Positions 18,224 to 22,589 of a stretch of 22,589 nucleotides of DNA are shown here, piece after piece. Position 1 is the stretch's first letter. The number at the start of each line of letters is the position of its first letter. Under the pieces are notes generated by a model that ran no database searches, had not been told where the DNA came from, and worked only from the letters and a program-made list of their open reading frames with translations. Source of the DNA: Promethearchaeota archaeon (GTDB lineage: Archaea > Asgardarchaeota > Lokiarchaeia > Sigyniarchaeales > SOKP01). Location of the stretch: positions 1 through 22,589 of the forward strand of contig JAHLWP010000051.1 of assembly GCA_019057865.1 (NCBI GenBank). Reading direction: 5' to 3'. A program made the translations under genes and the position numbers.

Positions 18224-18595
18224 TTAATCTAATAATTCAGCAATTTTATTCGAAACACTTTGGATATTTAGAAAAACCATTCCTAATGAGACGTCACTTT
18301 TCGCCAATGTACATAAAATGGCGTTTTCCCCTGCTTTTGACAAGATAATTATTCCATCAACACCCTCTATCAAAATACGCTTCAAGTCTCCACGAACGAG
18401 TTCCTCTACAGCACGCTCAGATACACTTAAGATGGCAGCACTCATGGCACTAACTATACCGTCGTTAACATCTCGAGCAAGTACAGAACAAATAGGTAAG
18501 CCTTGTACGCTAACGATTGCACTACCCTGAACATCGGCATTAACTGCTTCCATTTTTCTTAGAAGATCGGTGAGTTCGCTAATATTTTCTGACAA
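18224..18595 (-). CDS. Roadblock/LC7 (MglB-like) domain protein
   Basis: GSAIVSVQGLPI, VSAMSAAILS, LKRILIEG and SLGMVFL motifs. TTG start with AAGGAGGT upstream. Confidence 0.92.
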   Translation of the reverse strand: MSENISELTDLLRKMEAVNADVQGSAIVSVQGLPICSVLARDVNDGIVSAMSAAILSVSERAVEELVRGDLKRILIEGVDGIIILSKAGENAILCTLAKSDVSLGMVFLNIQSVSNKIAELLD

Positions 18596-18783
18596 TCGGG
18601 GGTGTTACCTCCTTAATTGGTCAATTTTCCTTATAATTCCTTTAAGGTTAAATAAACCAAATTAATTTTAGATAATATGAAAAAATGATTATAATATTAT
18701 TTTTATATTTGATCTAATTTTAATGTTAACTTTATTAATAAAGTTAATACTTATTTAAAAACATAATTTCATTACATATTTTA

Positions 18784-19764
18784 ATGACTGAGAATCAAAA
18801 TTTAAAAAGCAAACCTCAAAAGGAGAAAAGTGAAGAAGACTTAGAAAAAGAGGAAGAAGAAAAGAGATTAAAAATCGAATCACTTAGAAAAGCTGGAAAA
18901 ATTGCTCAAGAAGTGAAAAAATTCATAAAACCAAAAATTAAGGTAGGAGCAAAAGCAATTGATATAATTTCTACTACTGAAGGAAAAATTGAAGAATTAG
19001 AGGGAAATTGTGCATTTCCAGTAAATTTAAGTATAAATAATATCGCAGCACATTATACATCTCCTTTAAAAGATGATGGCTTAACTATTAATGATGGTGA
19101 TATAGTAAAAATCGATTTAGGTGTCCATATAGAGGGTTATATCGTTGATACTGCTTTTTCTGTTAACTTTAATGAAAATAAATCGCTTGAAAATATAATA
19201 CAAGCTACTGAAGTTGCTCTGGAAGCAGCTAAAATGATGGCAAAAACTAAAGTACATACTAAAGAAATGGGGAAAAAAATAGAAAGTATTGTTAAAGGAT
19301 TTAAATATAATCCTATAAAAGAACTTGGAGGACACCAGATAGAAAGATGGACAGTTCATGGGGAAAAATCACTACCTGAATTAGGTACTCAAGGTGGTGA
19401 TATTATGGAAGATGGTGAGGTATTTTCCATAGAAATATTTGCAAGTACAGGTGAAGGTACTGTTCATAATACCAGAAATGCTTTCATTTATGAATTGAAC
19501 CCTTATGTTGGTAGAGTACCTTTAAGAAGGAAGACTTCCAAACAACTCTTAGGTTTTATTAATAAGAATTATAAAACTTTACCTTTCGCAGAGAGATGGT
19601 TGGCAAAAGAATTTAGGATGGGTATTGCATTTGGACTTCAAGAGCTTGTACAACAAGGAAAATTGCTAGCCCATTATGTATTAGCAGAAAAAAAAGGGGT
19701 TTTTGTAGCTCAGTCAGAAGAAACTATTTTAATTACTGAAGATGGATTTGAAGAATTAACATAA
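18784..19764 (+). CDS. map: Methionine aminopeptidase type 2 (archaeal/eukaryotic)
   Basis: AFPVNLSINNIAAHYT, KIDLGVHIEGYIVDTA, GGHQI, SIEIFAS, helical insert YKTLPFAERWL and VAQSEET. Confidence 0.95.
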   Translation: MTENQNLKSKPQKEKSEEDLEKEEEEKRLKIESLRKAGKIAQEVKKFIKPKIKVGAKAIDIISTTEGKIEELEGNCAFPVNLSINNIAAHYTSPLKDDGLTINDGDIVKIDLGVHIEGYIVDTAFSVNFNENKSLENIIQATEVALEAAKMMAKTKVHTKEMGKKIESIVKGFKYNPIKELGGHQIERWTVHGEKSLPELGTQGGDIMEDGEVFSIEIFASTGEGTVHNTRNAFIYELNPYVGRVPLRRKTSKQLLGFINKNYKTLPFAERWLAKEFRMGIAFGLQELVQQGKLLAHYVLAEKKGVFVAQSEETILITEDGFEELT

Positions 19765-19796
19765 AATTATTTCAAATAAATTTTTTAAAAAATTAA

Positions 19797-20909
19797 ATGA
19801 ACAAACTGAAAATTTGTTTAGTTTCTTTAAAAATCGCTCCAGATAGCGAACGTTCTGGTTTTGAGGGGATTTTTGATTATTTAAAGAAACAGAATCATGA
19901 CGTTAAATTAGTTACTGGTAAATGGAATATTAAACTTGATGATCCAAAAATAATACAAGTCGATTTAATAAGAAAACGTTTTTTTTGGGCACCTCAATTT
20001 GTATTTAAAATTGCTAAGTATCTTAGAAGTCATAATTTTGATATTATTCATGGAAATGGTGCCAAAGGAACATTACCTATAATTTTTTCTAATAAAAAGA
20101 ATTATATCTCAACAATTCATGATTTAGGTCCTTTTGAAACAAAATTCACAACAATTCCTATGGAGCCATATTTAATTAAATATATTGTTAATAAGGCTAC
20201 GTATATAACAACTGTATCAGAGTATTCTAAGAATAGAATTAAACACTATATACCAAAGGCTAATTTAAGTAAAATTCAAGTAATATATAATGGTATTGGA
20301 GATTGGTTTAAACCTAAACCAAAAGAAGCACAAAGATTAAGAGAGAAGTTAAATATTACAGGTCCGGTGATCTTTACTTTCGGACGGATTGCAAACTATA
20401 AAGGTGTTAGTGATATAATAGCAGCTTATAAAATCGCCAAAAAGAAGATTCCAGACCTTAATTTTGTCATTGGTGGACTTCCTGATTTTAAAATGACAAG
20501 TATTTACAGAAAATGGAAAAACCAATATAAAGATATCATTTTTTTAGGGTATATCCCCGAAGAAGAAGTTCCAAGTTATTACACTATGGCCGATATATTA
20601 ATACAATATTCATTTGGGTCAGAAGGATTTGGAAATACACAACTTGAAGCACTTGCATGTGGAACTTCCGTAATAAGCTCTTCATTAAAAGTCTATCGTG
20701 AAATTTTACAGGATAATGCAATCTTTATTCCTCCTAAAAACCGTCAATTACTTGCTGAAGCAATTAATAAACTCATTAAGGATGATACTCTAAGGGAAAA
20801 TTTGGTTAAAAAAGGACAGGAATTTGTAAAAAGATACACATGGGACTCAGTTGGAAAAAGATTAGAAAATGTTTATCAGAAATTTTTATTAGATACAAAA
20901 AATCAATAA
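19797..20909 (+). CDS. Glycosyltransferase family 4 (GT-B)
   Basis: DIIHGN, TIHD, IYNGI, GRIANYKG and EGFGNTQLEALACG motifs. Confidence 0.92.
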   Translation: MNKLKICLVSLKIAPDSERSGFEGIFDYLKKQNHDVKLVTGKWNIKLDDPKIIQVDLIRKRFFWAPQFVFKIAKYLRSHNFDIIHGNGAKGTLPIIFSNKKNYISTIHDLGPFETKFTTIPMEPYLIKYIVNKATYITTVSEYSKNRIKHYIPKANLSKIQVIYNGIGDWFKPKPKEAQRLREKLNITGPVIFTFGRIANYKGVSDIIAAYKIAKKKIPDLNFVIGGLPDFKMTSIYRKWKNQYKDIIFLGYIPEEEVPSYYTMADILIQYSFGSEGFGNTQLEALACGTSVISSSLKVYREILQDNAIFIPPKNRQLLAEAINKLIKDDTLRENLVKKGQEFVKRYTWDSVGKRLENVYQKFLLDTKNQ

Positions 20910-20974
20910 TTAGCTAATAGCTCTGTAATTTGAATTCAATATACTCAAATTTTTCTCTTTAAATTGATCAATTA

Positions 20975-22084
20975 TTATAAAAGTTTTAATTTATTTTTTA
21001 CATAATCGAAACAGATCTCAATTGGATTGTCAAATTGGCTAATTTTTTCTTTAAAAGAGCTAATCTTAAATCTATCTGGGGATGGACCTTGATTAAGGAT
21101 ATCTATAGTCCTATTAACCAATTGGTTTGACTCTCGTATATGTTCTAGAGGAAATCCATTTTTTATTAAATATTTTTCCTGTGGTGCAGATTCTCCTGGG
21201 AAAAATTCTATACTAGGCACATTTAATAAACTTGATTCACGTACAATGGTACCCCCTCCACTAATTATTAAAGCTCCATAGAAACATAAATCGACTAGAT
21301 TTGGCAAATATTGAGTTATGATGACATTTTTTTCTTTAGTTAAAATTTTAAGTCGGTTTAAAAGGAATTGTTCTTGTTTTTTTGAACGAACAAGAAGGAA
21401 ATATTTATAATTTGGAAATTCTTTGAAAATTGGAGGAAAGAATTTACTAATCATAGTTTCCTCTGGTTTAAGTTTATCAATCAAATAACTAGCATGTGTA
21501 GGCTCAGTCCTGATTATCAAGAATTTTCCTTTTTCTAAATCAAATCTTTCAAGAATTTCAGGATTGGGAGCATATTCTGAAAGCCAAGCAATTTCATCAA
21601 CTCCATTATACCTAATAATTTTCTCAGGATCGGCATAAAGATGGATATACCATTCTTTAGGGATGCACTCCGGAGTGATTAGATTTCCTATGAATGGGTG
21701 TATTAACTTACATACAGGTTTATTGCGAGGTTCATCATTAAATCCTATTGAAGGAATTTGTAAGCCATATGTGATCCTTGTACCTTCTATTGATAAAAAA
21801 GTAACAAAATAGTCTGGTGAAAATTTAATAATTAGAGGAAATAATTGTTTTAAGCGAGTTATATAAGTTTCCAATTTGTCTTCTAATTTTTCACCTCCAT
21901 GTCTACCAATTTTTTTGTATTTTACTCCAAAATCATCCAAAATTTGATATGTTGAATCATAATCTCTGGCTGTTATTAAAAGTTCTAATCCTTCTTTTTC
22001 AAACTTTTTAATTAGGGACTTAAACATTATGGCCGTTTTAGGTTGTTCAATGTCTATCCAAATCCTTTTACTAAATAGGCTCAT
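20975..22084 (-). CDS. DUF354 family protein (GT-B-like)
   Basis: IWIDIEQPK, LITARDY, IGRHGG, IRYNGVDE and ISGGGTIVRESSLLNVP motifs. ATG at 22084 preferred as start. Confidence 0.85.
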   Translation of the reverse strand: MSLFSKRIWIDIEQPKTAIMFKSLIKKFEKEGLELLITARDYDSTYQILDDFGVKYKKIGRHGGEKLEDKLETYITRLKQLFPLIIKFSPDYFVTFLSIEGTRITYGLQIPSIGFNDEPRNKPVCKLIHPFIGNLITPECIPKEWYIHLYADPEKIIRYNGVDEIAWLSEYAPNPEILERFDLEKGKFLIIRTEPTHASYLIDKLKPEETMISKFFPPIFKEFPNYKYFLLVRSKKQEQFLLNRLKILTKEKNVIITQYLPNLVDLCFYGALIISGGGTIVRESSLLNVPSIEFFPGESAPQEKYLIKNGFPLEHIRESNQLVNRTIDILNQGPSPDRFKISSFKEKISQFDNPIEICFDYVKNKLKLL

Positions 22085-22215
22085 AGTAAGCACTAAAATG
22101 AAATTATAATTAAAGGCTTTATTAAAAATACAGTTATGTTTTATAGAAATTTTGAGACTATTTAGGATTTTCTTAAATTTAAAATGTTAATTCTTCAAAT
22201 TTCGAAAAAAATCAA

Positions 22216-22509
22216 TTATTTCCCACAAATACAAGGATTAGATTTATATTTAATACACATATTAGGATATTTTTTTAATAGAGCATCTTTAAGGTCAATA
22301 TCTAATAAATTTGCTAATGAGCTTGTCCAAGCTATAATATCAGCAAGTTCTTCTGAAGCTTGTTCTATATCAATTTTAGGATCATTGATAATCTTCGCTA
22401 GTTCTCCAATCTCTTCTATTAACCAAATATATGTTGCTTTAATTCCTCTTTTATAGTCTTGTCGAAAGTAAAGATCTTTTATTAAGCCTTGAAATTCAGT
22501 AATTCTCAT
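22216..22509 (-). CDS. MazG-like nucleotide pyrophosphohydrolase
   Basis: WLIEEIGELA and EELADIIAW motifs, C-terminal KYP..C...PCIC. Confidence 0.88.
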   Translation of the reverse strand: MRITEFQGLIKDLYFRQDYKRGIKATYIWLIEEIGELAKIINDPKIDIEQASEELADIIAWTSSLANLLDIDLKDALLKKYPNMCIKYKSNPCICGK

Positions 22510-22589
22510 TTTTTTTGTTAATAAATCATTAAATTAACAGTCTCAAAGGATTTAGATGTTAGAAATCCATTGAGCTGAATTCATTTTCA

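Noticed and set aside
22216-22270. MazG-like C-terminal CIKY in place of an expected CxxC as a sign of inactivation
   Set aside because: It is a single substitution outside the intact EExxE/EExxD catalytic motifs and cannot be judged without an alignment.
5310-22456. Short ORFs antisense to longer genes (5310-5516, 5670-5999, 6744-6950, 7002-7295, 9399-9590, 10848-11030, 12299-12493, 14276-14566, 14553-14771, 15364-15549, 18318-18530, 19117-19359, 22184-22456)
   Set aside because: They are shadow ORFs opposite well-supported genes and have no recognisable motifs.

Overview
Very AT-rich archaeal chromosomal window. The gene content (roadblock/LC7, longin-like and V4R-like proteins, type 2 MetAP, HdrC, DUF354) points to an Asgard archaeon, probably Lokiarchaeia; this is an inference. 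The main finding is leuS (5002-7941). The ORF track shows it as fragments, but it reads as an intact gene interrupted by four 28-34 nt insertions at 5260-5287, 5689-5722, 6048-6077 and 6129-6156. Each insertion sits in a conserved LeuRS motif and folds with its flanking exons into a bulge-helix-bulge (BHB or relaxed BHB) structure. The predicted cut sites of those structures match the junctions that restore the protein. Removing all four gives one 939-aa ORF. This suggests multiple tRNA-endonuclease-type micro-introns in an essential mRNA. Upstream is a >1500-aa protein with an acidic N-terminus, internal repeats, a PD-(D/E)XK-like domain and a DEDDh exonuclease domain. The rest is housekeeping and Asgard-type genes (tpiA, hdrC, thioredoxin, two V4R-like proteins, penicillin acylase family protein, roadblock, map, GT4, DUF354, MazG-like) plus a 36-bp palindromic tandem repeat.
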